A stretch of DNA of 63,257 nucleotides, filler included, from Octopus bimaculoides (taxonomy: Eukaryota), in the NCBI RefSeq assembly GCF_001194135.2. It is 6 parts of 5 records of this genome, joined end to end, with 100 filler letters (N's around TTAATTAATTAA, not from the genome) between each part and the next. Parts side by side here need not be neighbours in the genome. Positions count along the whole stretch, not along the records: positions 1 to 15,640 come from NC_068986.1; positions 15,741 to 22,015 come from NC_069003.1; positions 22,116 to 28,515 come from NC_068987.1; 3 more parts are not named here. The stretch is one strand, 5' to 3'. Below, piece after piece: positions 12,445 to 25,456 of the stretch. Positions within the stretch are counted from its first letter, which is position 1. The number at the start of each line of letters is the position of its first letter. Both the position numbers and the translations under genes were made by a program. The notes under the pieces were generated by a model. The model saw only the letters and a program-made list of their open reading frames with translations. It searched no databases and was not told where the DNA came from.

Positions 12445-13400
12445 ATATCACTTGTTTCTGATGGTCTGAAGGCAAAAAGGTTTCATAGTATATCTGGAAA
12501 AATTATGCTCTAGACTCATTGTAGTACAGTGTATTGTTTGCAAATGAAGTCTTGTAGTGAGCCACATGTGTCCAATTTTACTTTATTCACTTAGAATAAT
12601 TATTAAAACTATCAATAACATAAAATTGCATTAGAAATCTGACTGCTTATTCAGGAAGTTTTGTTCTGATCATAATTAATAGTATGTGAGACTTCTTTTA
12701 TGTATGGAAGTCAGATAAGTCTCCAAAAGAAATTGCTTAGCAAGATTATAAATCTTAGAAAGTGAAGGACACATAGCTATTGTTAAAGAAATATGAAAAC
12801 CATAAAAATAATATATATTATCTAGATTGGATATTTCAAAAGCTTAATAAGGGATCACTTCAGCTTCAAGGAAAATTCATTACATTGATTGATTATAAAA
12901 CAATATTAAAAGTATCTACTGAAAATTTTTTTAATTTTTCAAGAAAATTTTCTAGCAAAAATATTTCACAACGTGCTTAAGCTGGTAGAAATTTGCTCTT
13001 CAGTTAACAAAATGGATATGGACACATATTATTAAACACTGATGGGAACAAAAGATTCTCTGATTTATATTCGTTTACCATAAAACTGTACATAATGGAC
13101 CCATTTAATTGTAATGTTAGATCAGCCAAAGAAGAAATCCAAAAATATAGCAATGTAGAGAAGACTGTATTCTTGTCATTAAATGACAATAAAACACTGA
13201 ATCCAAGATTATGGACTGAAAAAGTTAAAATGATAATCTGTTTTCCAATATCATATATGGTTAGAACTTGGTTTAGTTCAGTGAATAAATTGCTAAATAA
13301 AGGCATAAATAGATTGGATATATGCAAAAGAAGTGACAAAAAAAAAAAAAAAAAATCAAGCTCAGCAACATTGCATCAAATGATAAGCTTAAAATTTTCA
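12445..13400 (+). mobile_element. Decayed hAT (Buster/SCAND3/ZBED5-like) transposase fragment
   Basis: SDG.., IIKTINNIK, LQLQGK and MDPFNCNV..ICFPISYMVRTWFSSV..LLNK..NRLDICKRSD (hAT C-terminal dimerisation region). Confidence 0.7.
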
Positions 13401-14924
13401 ATTTGAAAAACTGAGTGAGTAAAAATAATTGTCAAGATGATGGTTAAAAAGGTTGAGAGTCACTGGTGGAGATGAAAACTAGACAAGCCATATACAAGGA
13501 TACAAGGTGAGAATTAGCAAGTTGTGTAACAAATTTATCATGACCCTCAGATTCTTATTTCTGTTATTAACTCTCCATGTGAGAAATTCTGTATTTACAA
13601 CAGATTATGTTCACTCAAAATATCTTTATCTAAAACATTTAAATATGGATTCACAGCTTCTACTTCCAAACTTCACTTCCTCTAAATGATTGAGCTTGAA
13701 AGACCACATCATGTTGTTGATTGGTCCCAAATCAACCCTGATTAACCAAACTTCTGATTAAAAGTGTTCAAGCCATGATCACCCCATCCTTTTTTCTGTC
13801 CATCCTGTTTTAAAGCAATAAGATATAATGTGACATGATTTCATTGAGGCTTTCTCTGTATATGTATCATAGGTGCTATAACTTTCTACCATAGACAAAA
13901 ACGAAGCTGTGAAACTAATAATTTTTTTCATTTGTTTAAAGTCTTGAATTAAATTCCTAACTTTGAAAATGCTACTTGTATTATGTTAGCCCAATATCAA
14001 GGAGAAATATATTTTTCATTCACTTAAAACTATAGAAATCAAAGGTGAGCATCAACCTTATGTGGAAAAGGATTATTTAGCTCATAAGGTGTTTTTATTA
14101 TTTCTTTTCTCCCTTTTGTTATTTTCTACAAGGCTTATTGATGCAGTTTCCATCTTTTGCAAATAGGGAATATCACCTTATATTTTGAAGAATAAAAATC
14201 TCTAGTTTCCTTCATTCATTGTTGATTATCTTCATATAGCTGGTTGTAGATTCATTCATGTGTACCTGGATTTCTATATTATTAGAAAAATTCATGTGTA
14301 AATCTGTTCATTTCAAAACCTGTTCCTAAATTTTTCTCTGATGTTTATCATTTCTCACTTATTTGAGTATGGATTATTGCTTTCAATATGGAGATCTTTT
14401 TCATTTATACACTATTACATCATGTAATAAACATTTTAAGTAGGTTGTCAATATCTTGCCAAAACTGGTGCTTTAATTCTTCTGTGCCATTTCTTCAATA
14501 CACTTTAATAAAACATGGCATATTACACCTTTGCCTTTCTTTGTAGAGATGAAACAGCTGAGTGAATGAAGGAGCCTCTGCTCAATCGCTCAACCTGTTT
14601 GGAACTTAGAAAATTTCTAAACCTAATCACATGATCATCTTCTGCCAATTGAATTATATCCTAAACAGATACTAATTTGAGTGCTGTTCTCTCCATAAAA
14701 ACAAGAGAATTTTCAAACTCCAGTCAGAAGCAAAGCAGTTGCAGCATCGCCCAATTTCCTTCTACTTCACTTAACTTCTGAAAATCAGAAAAATCTGTGA
14801 AACCAGTTAAACCTTTAAAGATAAACTATCTAAAAGATCCCCAGTACATTTTCAACTTTTCTTTTTTTATATTTCTACCCTTGTAGAATAAAATATCTTT
14901 CCAATATATAATGGATACGCATTA

Positions 14925-15280
<356 letters not shown>

Positions 15281-15298
15281 ATAATAACAATAATGATG

Positions 15299-15329
<31 letters not shown>

Positions 15330-15331
<2 letters not shown>

Positions 15332-16120
15332 GTACCCCACAACCGGAATATTCCAACAGGTGGCCATCCATGCTCGTCATCAAATAACCAAAAGAAAAAG
15401 AATGAAAAATGGTCTAGGGAAGATAATAAAGAAGTTCTTACAGCCTTCTACCATGCCATATATTTCCCTACAGATAAATCTAATACTGTACAAACCTACT
15501 TAAACTGGAGACAGAAACACCTTGAAGTAAGACCCTACATAGACAGTAACAAACTTGCCAACGTCAGAAGAAACATTATGAAAAAAAAATTACTAACTGA
15601 AGTAGAGATTGACCAAATTAAGCAAGCAGTAAAGGATAAANNNNNNNNNNNNNNNNNNNNNNNNNNNNNNNNNNNNNNNNNNNNTTAATTAATTAANNNN
15701 NNNNNNNNNNNNNNNNNNNNNNNNNNNNNNNNNNNNNNNNTGTATCAATACCAGCAGATGACAACGTTTCCCTAAAAGAAATGGAAAAACTTTCAAAATA
15801 CAAAGACCTGGAAATAGGGGTAACTTGAATGTGGAATCTAAAAACAGAAACAATTCCTATCATAGTAGGTGCCTTAGGTATAATAAAAAAATATTCAGAC
15901 AAATACATAACAAAAACACCAGGACTTACAAATATATATAACATACAGAAAATTGCACTACTGGGCACTGCACACATCCTACGCAAAACACTTTCAATAC
16001 AGTAACCATAAGAGCATCACAGCAAACCACTGCACATACCCAAGGCACAGAGAGCTGCGCTCAGTAGTGAAGTGAAAGCACGTTATAAAAATAAAACTAC
16101 TGAACAATAATAATAATAAT
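15330..16120 (+). mobile_element. R4/Dong-clade LINE family A: N-terminal region, assembly gap, then RLE end and TAA tail
   Basis: KWSREDNKEV..LANVRRNIMKKKLLTEVEI (R4 N-terminus); ADDNVSLKEMEKLSKYKDLEI..IVGALG..LLGTAHILRK; flanked by (AAT)n on both sides. Confidence 0.85.
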
Positions 16121-19100
16121 AGGAAAAGAATTCACAGGGCATGGAGCGACAGAGGCCTATTTGAATTAAGTGAACAAAATTTATGTGACCAAGCTAGAGC
16201 CATCAGAAAAAATGAATGGTTATCTCCAGCTAAACTAAAAAGCATTAAGAGACGGGTGCTTAAGGATAGTAAGACCAGTGGTGAACGGAAGGACAAGGAA
16301 GAGAATGCAGATAGTGAAACTATGGCAGTGAAGTTAAAGGAAGAAAATGAGCATGAGGCTGAGATTATCAATCAGGAAAGCAATGAGAGAACCAAGGAAC
16401 AAATATCCATTTTAAAGGAAATCATTGATATTTGGACCTCTGGTGAACAGAGCTTTTATACGGGCTTTAAAAAAGTAGACAGAAAGAAATTCAATGAATG
16501 GGTCAGGAAGATAAATGATATCATTGGTGATATCAGGACTGACAACATCACAGACACCAACAATCTGATAAATGCAATCTCGATCTTTATAGCCCGGAAG
16601 TTAGGTTTGAAAGCCAAGGGTAAATGTCAACATAACCTGAAGGAACCATGGTGGAAAAAGAGAATAACGCAGTCTATTAATGAGACCATAAAGCATATTG
16701 ATATTCTGGAATGGAAAAAGAGAAATGAAAATCAACGAGAGAAATATGTTGAGCTAAAGAAGAAGACAAAGGGAATCAGTGTTGTGATTGAGGACAAGGA
16801 AGAGAATGCAGATAGTGAAACTATGGCAGTGGAGTTAAAGGAAGAAAACGAGCATCAGGCTAAGATTATCAATCAAGAAAGCGATGAGAGAACCAAGGAA
16901 CAAATATCCATTTTAAAGGAAATCATAGAGATATGAACAGAGAATTGAGCAGTACAGATTAAACAGACTTTTTGAACAAAATCCGAAACGAGTCTATCAG
17001 GAATTGGATGGGAAAGGAAAAGGTGAAAAAGCAGTGCCGGATGCTGAAGAAAGTAAAAGATTCTGGTTAAACATGGTCTCAGGAGAAACAACATGAAACT
17101 GAAACAGAGTGGTTAAAGACACTCAAAGAGGAGAGTGGAGAGTATCAGCAGGAGAATTTGAGAATAACCGAAATAATTAGAGATCAGTGCAGGAAAATTC
17201 CTAACTAGAAAGTGCCTGACCCAGAAGGTGTTCAAGGTTTTTCGCTTTAACACTTGACAGCTCTGCACAGGAGAATTACGAGACAGCTGGATGAAATATT
17301 GAATAGTGACATTCAAGTACTGGCCTGGATGACAAAAGGAAGAATGGTACTATGCCAGAAGGACCCAAGTAAAAGGAATATGGTTGGAAATTTCTGACCA
17401 GTATTTTGTTTGCCACTGATGTGGAAACTGATGATGGGCATCATATCAAACAGCATCTATAAGTACCTAGATGAGAACGATCTAATACCAGTGGAACAAA
17501 AAGGGTGTAGACGTAAGAGCAGAGGAATAAAGGATCAATTACTAATCGATACGACTATCCTGGCTGATTGCAAGAAGAGACAGAAAAATTTGGTGATGGC
17601 ATGGGTGGACTACAGGAAAGCATATGACATGGTCCCACACTCGTGGATTATTGAATGCCTTAAACTGCTTAAGGTCTCAGACAATATCCTGAAGCTAATA
17701 CAAAACTCAATGACAATGTGACGAACTGAACTCACAGCATGGAGAGATATGCTGGGAGAGGTAAATATCAAAAGAGGAATCTTTCAAGGGGGCAGTCTGT
17801 CACCTCTCCTATTTGTTGTCTGCATACTGCCACTAATGAGCGTTTTAAGAAAAATGTGTGGTGGGTATATGCTAGGCAGGATGAAAGTAAATAACCTGTT
17901 TATGGATGATCTAAGCTATTCACTAAGACTGAGAAAGAAATTGAAAGTTTGATGGCAACTGTGCAGATGATTAGCAAAGATATTGGCATGGAATTTGGGA
18001 TCAAGAAATGTGGTGTAATGATTCTCAAAAGGAGGAAAATCTGTAAAAGTCATGAGATCAAGCTGGAAAGTGGTGAAACTATAAGGGAAGTCGGAGATGA
18101 AAGATATAAGTACCTGGGTATCATTGAAAGAGATAAGATGAATGAACACAAGATGAAAGAACACAAGATAAAAGAAATGTACAGGAAAGTGTATTTGAGG
18201 AAAACTCAGCTTGCACTCCAATCAAAGCTAAATGACTCCTAGAAGATTAGAGCAATTAACAGGTGGGCTGTTACTTTAATGAGATATGGGGCAGGAATAG
18301 TATCTTGGAAGAAGCATGAATTACAAGAAATAGACCGGAGAACATGTAAATTAATGACAATGAACAAGGAACTACACCCCAAGAATGATGTGTCAAGATT
18401 GTATGTAAAGAGGAGGGAAGGAGGATGGGTATTAGTGTGTTGTGAAAGGTTGTGTAAGGGAAGAGGAGAATAGCCTGGCTTGGTATGTCAAGGGGAGTAA
18501 CAAAGAAATGATTGAGGCAATGAAAATGCGAGGAACCTTAAAAGTGAATGAAGCCATAGATCCAATATATTTTCAGAAAGACCAGAGAAAGCAGATGAAG
18601 AAAATTTGGCAGTACAAGAAAATGCACAGTCAGTTCTTGAAGAATAAAGATGAGATTGACTGGAATAAAACCTGGCAATGGCTGCAGGAAGAAGACTTAA
18701 AAGGGCCCACTGAGGCATTAGTGTGCAGCGCTCAAGAACAAGCTCTCAGAACAAACTACTCCAAATATCACATTGATAAAAGCACTCACTCACCACAGTG
18801 TAGGATGTGCTCCGATAAGGGAGAAAGTATAAATCATGTGAATATGAAAGGTGACATGACAATGTGGCCAGATATGTCTACTTGCTGTTGTGCAGTAAAG
18901 CAAACCTCAAGAGAGCCGAACAATGGTATGAACACAAGCCAGAGAAATGAACATTACAAAATACCCTGGGATTTTAACATGCAGTGTGATCAAGTCATAA
19001 AGGCGAGATGACCAGATATCATGCTCATCCATAAAGATGAAAAAGAAGTAAAAATAATAGATGTTGCAATACCAGGTGATTCGAGGGTGAAATGTAAGGA

Positions 19101-19505
19101 AACAGAATNNNNNNNNNNTAAAAATAATAGATGTTGCAATACCAGGTGATTCGAGGGTGAAATGTAAGGAAACAGAATAGATTGAGAAACACCAGCCAAT
19201 GCAGGATGAGATAGGAAAGTTATGAGGCATGAGGAAAGTAATGGTGATACATGTGGTAATTGGAACATTAGGAGCAGTTTCCAAGGGCTTTGAAAAACAT
19301 ATTAAGAATATTGGGGCTGCTGTCAGGCTCCAAGGGATCCAGAAGACAGCATTGTTGGGTACAGCTCGCATTTTAAGGAGAGTGTTGTCTCTTTGCGTCA
19401 CAGGAGAAGGCACTACTTGAAACCTTTAGTGATTTGTTGTTGCCTGTTTTCAAGTAAAGAATAACCAATATTTAAGAACTATCTAAGAGTCTTTCATAAT
19501 AATAA
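16121..19505 (+). mobile_element. Long decayed R4/Dong-clade LINE family B (N-terminal region, RT, CCHC, RLE)
   Basis: [105 protein letters not shown]; multiple stops; TAA tail. Confidence 0.92.
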
Positions 19506-19626
19506 TAAATAATCACAGTTGCAATTGTAGGGAAAGATCCCTCTGCTCACTCTCAGGTCAATGTTTAGCAAGAAATGTTGTTTATAAATGTACAACACTG
19601 ACAGAAAATAACTTTGTTTGTATCAG

Positions 19627-19777
19627 GTGCTCAGTAACTATGAAAAAATGGTTGAATAACAATTTTCTATCCTTTAGACTTAGGCATAAAGTTAATAGTA
19701 CCTCATTATCTACGAAAATCTGGGAAAGTCCTAAGTGGGATTTGGTGCATAGAGCTCAAGCATACACAAATAGCTGA
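19627..19777 (+). CDS. Candidate terminal coding exon (CSVTMKKWLNNNFLSFRLRHKVNSTSLSTKIWESPKWDLVHRAQAYTNS*)
   Basis: ACTTTGTTTGTATCAG acceptor; phase-2 frame open for 49 codons to TGA at 19775-19777; AATAAA at 19847 and 19943. Confidence 0.45.
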
Positions 19778-21095
19778 TATGGATGTCGACTATGTTGTAT
19801 GGAATTATATGAAATCTTTAAATACAGAGATAAGAACAACTTTAACAATAAATTAGATGTTAGACTGTCATGTGCTGGTACCTTTAAATACTTTAGAAGC
19901 TAATAATTATTTAGTATATCATATATTTTTTTTTTTTTGGTGAATAAAATTTTTTTTTCTTTAACCCCTTTGATCTATTAACTCTTAATAATCATAATAT
20001 ATACCTATCCAATCCCAGTGGATTCCTAACAAGTCCTTAATTTTCAAATCTCCCCTAATCATAAAATATACCATCTCTGATCTGTTACTATCATACATCA
20101 ATCTTTGTTCTTCATTGTATTGTCTTAACCTATTTCTAATGATAATTTTCTATTTTATCTCTATTATAGCTCGGTATACTTACGCCCTTTTCCATCTAGT
20201 ATCAATAATTAATTAATATTCTGATTATAACAATTCCATTATAATATATTCTTTATTTTCATTCTATATTGCTTTATTTCCTCTTTATATATCTTGGTAT
20301 AGCATCTTTTATTGGCTTACTTTTATAAAAACTTTTTTAAATAATTTTTTAGTATGATTTTTATAAATTTTTATTATAGTTTTTATTATAATTCTTCTCT
20401 CAGATATTTTCTTATATTTCCTCATATATTGTATAAATCTTATATCCTTATATACTCTTCATATATTTTTCATAGTTTTTGTATGTTTTATTAATATTTT
20501 GACATTCTTAAAATTTTTTTCATATATCCCACTGTGTACTGTGAACCTAAAATTATATTTTTATTACACATTATATTTTTTATGTTTAATATTTTCATGC
20601 CTTTGTATATATATATATATATATATATCCTTTATATTTCTTAGATTTTCTTATATTATATTATCAATGGATATCTTTCTACTATCATATTCACTCACTT
20701 CATTGTCAATGTTTCCCATTATTAAAATGAGATTTGTTGTAGTTCTCATTCTTATTACAATATACTATACTATTCCAGTATCCTGCCTTTTTAAGTGTAT
20801 TATTACAGTATTCTGCATTATTATTAAAGATTTTCTCATTAGATGACAAGTAGGGAATGCATCTCAAAATGTTATCATCATCATCACTTGGTATGTGTTT
20901 GAGATATAATGAAGTGAATTTCGATGGTTGTGGATTGCACTTACTTGATTGTACCGTCCGTTAAAGTGTTTTTGTTGTTTTTTAATTGTAATTGATGTAA
21001 GATTGAATAGTTAATGCTTTCGCTATAACAGACATTTGAATTAATTTTTACAATCCAGCCGTCCTTTCACATGGGATTTCATTTTTCTGAACCAA

Positions 21096-21179
21096 GGACC
21101 CTGAAGTGACTTATATATAATGGAACTGTGATTATGTATATCAGAAAAAATATATATAAGTCAAAACAATTTGTTGGCC
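21096..21179 (+). ncRNA. Degenerate type I hammerhead ribozyme in a PLE pseudo-LTR
   Basis: GGACC-CUGAAG[U]-GACUUAUAUAUA..UAUAUAUAAGUC-[A]AAA-CAAUUUGU-U/GGCC; perfect 12-bp stem II, two core substitutions. Confidence 0.6.
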
Positions 21180-21419
21180 TTTTACGGTTTTTATAATTAT
21201 TTATATAATATTATGTTATGTTATATATTAGTATTTAATGTAATATTGGAATATAGATAAACTATTGAATGTCAATAGAATATCTCCATATTTAATTTAT
21301 ATTTATTATTGAATTATACCTTTATATATGGTATCCAACTGAAGTATTTCTTTTCCTCAGTTTGTTACTTTATATTCTTATATTACTGGAGTAATATTAT
21401 AAGGATTTTCGCTGTTATT

Positions 21420-21503
21420 ATGGAGAAATTACCTGTTGACATGTCACTGAAGGATATTCCGGTCCCACCCAAGAAGGAATTTATGAAATACCTTATTACT
21501 AAG
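21420..21503 (+). mobile_element. N-terminus of a Penelope-like ORF, truncated
   Basis: MEKLPVDMSLKDIPVPPKKEFMKYLITK resembles the PLE N-terminal SxKNIPIPSKxEYxxxLIxK motif; lies 240 bp downstream of the HHR. Confidence 0.55.
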
Positions 21504-21782
21504 ATTTGTATATATGAATACGCTTGTGTATATGCATGTAAGTGCTTGTATATATAGACATATGTTATATTTTATATTTATATCTGATGCCACGTGTATA
21601 TGTATGTGTGTATATGTATATATATGTGTGTGTATATGTATGTATATGTACACATATATATATATATATCCAGCATAGCCACAATCAAATGACTGAAGTG
21701 AATAAAAGAATATGTGTATATGGGTGCATGTTTGTGTATGTATATGTGTATGAGTATGTATGTATATGTATGTATGTGTATG

Positions 21783-21817
<35 letters not shown>

Positions 21818-21828
21818 ATATATATATC

Positions 21829-22015
21829 ATCATCATCATCATCATCATCGTTTAACGTCCGCTTTCCATGCTAGCATGGGTTGGACGATTTGACTGAGGA
21901 CTGGTGAAACCGGATGGCAACACCAGGCTCCAGTCCGATTTGGCAGAGTTTCTACAGCTGGATGCCCTTCCTAACGCCAACCACTCAGAGAGTGTAGTGG
22001 GTGCTTTTACGTGTC
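21829..22015 (-). mobile_element. SINE family 4 (V-domain-like) 3' part with (GAT)n tail
   Basis: Reverse complement of GGAAGGGCATCCAGCTGTAGAAACTCTGCC..GGAAAGCGGACGTTAAACGATGATG; same as 33103 and 37727. Confidence 0.75.
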
Positions 22016-22283
22016 NNNNNNNNNNNNNNNNNNNNNNNNNNNNNNNNNNNNNNNNNNNNTTAATTAATTAANNNNNNNNNNNNNNNNNNNNNNNNNNNNN
22101 NNNNNNNNNNNNNNNATAGACGTGGTATGTAACGACACCCACATCCACCCACTCACCCCGCCACACACACACCTGTATGCATGCATGAATTATAGTTTGA
22201 AGATTCAACAGAGGTGGAACCAACAAAAAATGTACTCCCATCTAGTGAGAGATAAATATCAATTTAAATACAATTTGAATACA

Positions 22284-22447
22284 AGGCGCAGGAGTGGCTG
22301 TGTGGTAAGTAGCTTGCTTACCAACCACATGGTTCCGGGTTCAGTCCCACTACGTGGCAGCTTGCGCAAGTGTCTTCTACTATAGCCTCTAGCCGACCAA
22401 AACCTTGTGAGTGAATTTGGTAGACGGAAACTGAAAGATGCCCGTCG

Positions 22448-22478
<31 letters not shown>

Positions 22479-22713
22479 ATTTGGTGTGTGTGTATGTGAT
22501 GTGTGTATGCTTGTGTGTCTGTGTTTGTCCCCCTAGAATTGCTTGACAACCGATGCTGGTGTGCTTATGTCCCCGTCACCTAGCGGTTCGACAAAAAAGA
22601 GACCGATTGAATAAGTACTAAGCTTACAAAGAATAAGTCCCGGGGTCGATTTGCTCGACTAAAGGCGGTGCTCCAGCATGGCCAGAGTCAAATGACTGAA
22701 ACAAGTAAAAGAG
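22284..22713 (+). mobile_element. SINE family 1, full-length
   Basis: tRNA-like head GGCGCAGGAGTGGCTGTGTGG..GGTTCAGTCCC, internal (TA/TG)n, tail GTAAAAGAG. Confidence 0.9.
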
Positions 22714-23577
22714 AACGAAAGAGCAACTAATATAGTTTCATGCTTTTATAATACTTAAGCAGCCTTATTTATAAAACACACCATATATCTTAAAGAAATC
22801 TTTCAGGCTCTGTTTATATATATTTTGTTATATATATTTTGCAGTAACCTTCTTCAAGTTTTTTCTACGTGTTTTCTTAAATTCTTACTGCCCAGCGTTT
22901 TTATTTTTAAAATATTAGTTTAATTTCTATTCTGTATTCTTCTATCTACTGCTCTAAGGTATAGAACAGCAATGTATTAAAAGTAATCGAGTCTATGTCC
23001 GGTCAAATTTTGTCGATGCAAAACCATTGGTCACTCTACGTCCGGGCATTACTTTTAATATATACACGAGCGCGCGCGCTTGTGACTCTGTGTGTGTGTG
23101 AGTGAGTGAGTGTGTGTGTGTGTGTAGTGCCTTGTGTGTGAGCACACACAAACACACATCAATGTACGTATGCTCTTCCTCTCTTTCTCTCGCTCATACT
23201 GCCAAACTTCAACCCAGCGTCAATTTGTCTCCACCTCACCAGTAACACTGTTACAATTACACTAGTATAGATCCGTTATGTCCGCAGACATAAGTACCAG
23301 AAGCATGTATGTATCTATGTATATACGAGGGTTATTTCCAAAAGTAAATTTCCAAAATTGTTAAGTGCTATATATAATTCTAGCGGATATCGTGTTCGCT
23401 CTTATCGGTTATCAATGCTGGTTAACCACAATGAATTACTTAAAATTAATTATACTCGGTTGATCATCACTTGGTAAATCCAAATGTCCTTATAAAGACT
23501 GCATAGTGCCTGTAGAGAAAAATAATAAAATTAAAATCAGGAGAACAGAGATTTGAACATCTAAGTTTTATTTTACG

Positions 23578-23730
23578 TGGTAACTAGCTTGCTTACCAAC
23601 CAGATGGTTCTGGGTTCAGTCCCACTGCGTGGCACCTTGGGCAAGTGTCTTCTACTATAGCCTCGGGCCAACCAAAGCCTTGTGAGTGGATTTGGTAGAC
23701 GGAAACTGAAAGAAGCCCGTCGTATATATG

Positions 23731-23773
<43 letters not shown>

Positions 23774-23979
23774 TTGTGTCTGTGTTTGTTCCCCAGCATC
23801 GCTTGGCAACCGATGCTGGTGTGTTTACGTCCCCGTAACTTATCGGTTCGGCAAAATAGACCGATAGAATAAGTACTAGGCTTACAAAGAATAAGTCCTG
23901 GGGTCGATTTGCTCGACTAAAGGCGATGCTCCAGCATGGCCGCAGTCAATGACTAAAACAAGTAAAAGAGTAAAAGAGT
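23578..23979 (+). mobile_element. SINE family 1, slightly 5'-truncated
   Basis: Starts GTGGTAACTAGCTTGC, ends GTAAAAGAGTAAAAGAG; splits the left PLE arm. Confidence 0.9.
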
Positions 23980-23998
23980 TTATCACATCCTTCTTCGT

Positions 23999-24075
23999 CA
24001 AGACCAACGCACGTTTCCGCTGAAAGTTAAATATGCATTTTGGTGTTAATTATCGCTGCAACTTCATCAGGGTCT
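23999..24075 (-). ncRNA. Hammerhead ribozyme, damaged copy
   Basis: AGACC-CUGAUGA-AGUUGCA..UUUCAGCG-GAAA-CGUGCG-UU/GGUCU; the 3' arm of stem II is partly deleted. Confidence 0.6.
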
Positions 24076-24239
24076 ACTTTAACTGTTGGTCGGATATCAT
24101 ATGAAGAGAGTATAAGAGCTGATGAGTGAAAACTGGTTTTGTATCTAAAATCAGCACCCCAAAATTAGGCTAGAGCAACTATTTTTATGTTTGCCTCAAT
24201 TTCTCTCTAAACCAGTGTAATTTAACCAACAGTTAAAGT

Positions 24240-24327
24240 AGACCCTGATGAAGTTGCACCGATAATTAACACCAAAATATACATTTAACTGTGTGCACCA
24301 GCTTGCAGCTGAAACGTGCGTAGGTCT
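24240..24327 (+). ncRNA. Type I minimal hammerhead ribozyme with intact core
   Basis: AGACC-CUGAUGA-AGUUGCA-(45 nt)-UGCAGCU-GAAA-C-GUGC-GUA/GGUCU; predicted cleavage after A24322. Confidence 0.8.
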
Positions 24328-25408
24328 TGACGAAATGTGATTAACTGTAAAATAAAACTTGGATGTGCAAAATCTATGTTCTCCTGATTTTAATATCAGT
24401 ATATTCAGTGAATAAGAATTGTACCCTACCTCTGCAAGATTGCAAAAGGAAAAGCGGTTAACCTGGTATCAGGATTTCGAATTTAGCACCAAAAAGCACT
24501 TGATTCTTTTTCAGCCAGATCTACTCGTGTATATATACACACACACACATACATATATGTACACCCTTCAATGACCGGCCAGACACCAAGGCTCCCAGAC
24601 ACCAGCTTCTTCCCTAGTTCGAGAAATTCTCTTTTCTAATGTATTTGGTGTCGCTGGAATACCGATCTCAGTCTCTAACGGTACCACTGACCCACCTTAA
24701 CAAATAGCTGGCCAACAGCAGCCCAGTTTCCTGAAACCATCTTAGACTTGCTGTATATCTCGATTCGGTTAATAGAGCCAGAAAGAGCTAGGTTTCTGTA
24801 AAATCTTACGAAACTTTAAACTCTCATGGGGCCAAACTACACCGCTTTCAGTAATCATGTATGTAACTCCCACAAAATGTAGCAGCAAGTCATTATATAC
24901 ACGTATACTGCAATGAATATTCTCTGTTAGAAGGGAAAACGGTTTTAAATTATGTACAATGATGTTTTTTGTAATTATCGAATTTCAAGAGTTTAATAAG
25001 GTGTTTTGAAATTATTTGATTGCACTTTGGAATCCATAACCTTGGAATGATTTGATTGAAGTTTTGCATTTTGGATATGATATGATGTTTCGGAATATGT
25101 CATCACATCTTTTGAAATAATTTGATTGTAGAGATTTTTTTTTTCTTGTTTTTTTTTTTTTTCAAATGCGTGCTATTGTAGTTTGTAATTCTTTGACTGG
25201 AATAATAAACTTTGGTATTAATTCACTGAAATATAAACGGAAAAAATGCATTTCCTTCTTATTTTTCCATTATCCCTTGACTCATGCGGAATACATTTAA
25301 CATTTTGGTACACGGGCGCATACACACATATACACACACAGACATACACATATATGCACACAGACGTGTAGAACACTGTCTTTCTATGGAAACTGAAAGA
25401 AGCCCGTC

Positions 25409-25456
<48 letters not shown>

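Larger units (their letters stand above)
23530..24400. mobile_element. Divergent inverted pair of PLE-type pseudo-LTRs; left arm interrupted by a SINE
   Basis: 23994-24090 is the reverse complement of 24225-24333, and 23530-23577 is the reverse complement of about 24346-24395. Confidence 0.8.

Noticed and set aside
19049-19178. 60-bp duplication in the RLE region around a 10-N gap
   Set aside because: An exact repeat across a minimal gap is an assembly overlap artefact
21894-21909. CTGAGGA-CTGGT-GAAA inside SINE family 4
   Set aside because: No stem II, stem III or stem I pairing; a chance core-like match
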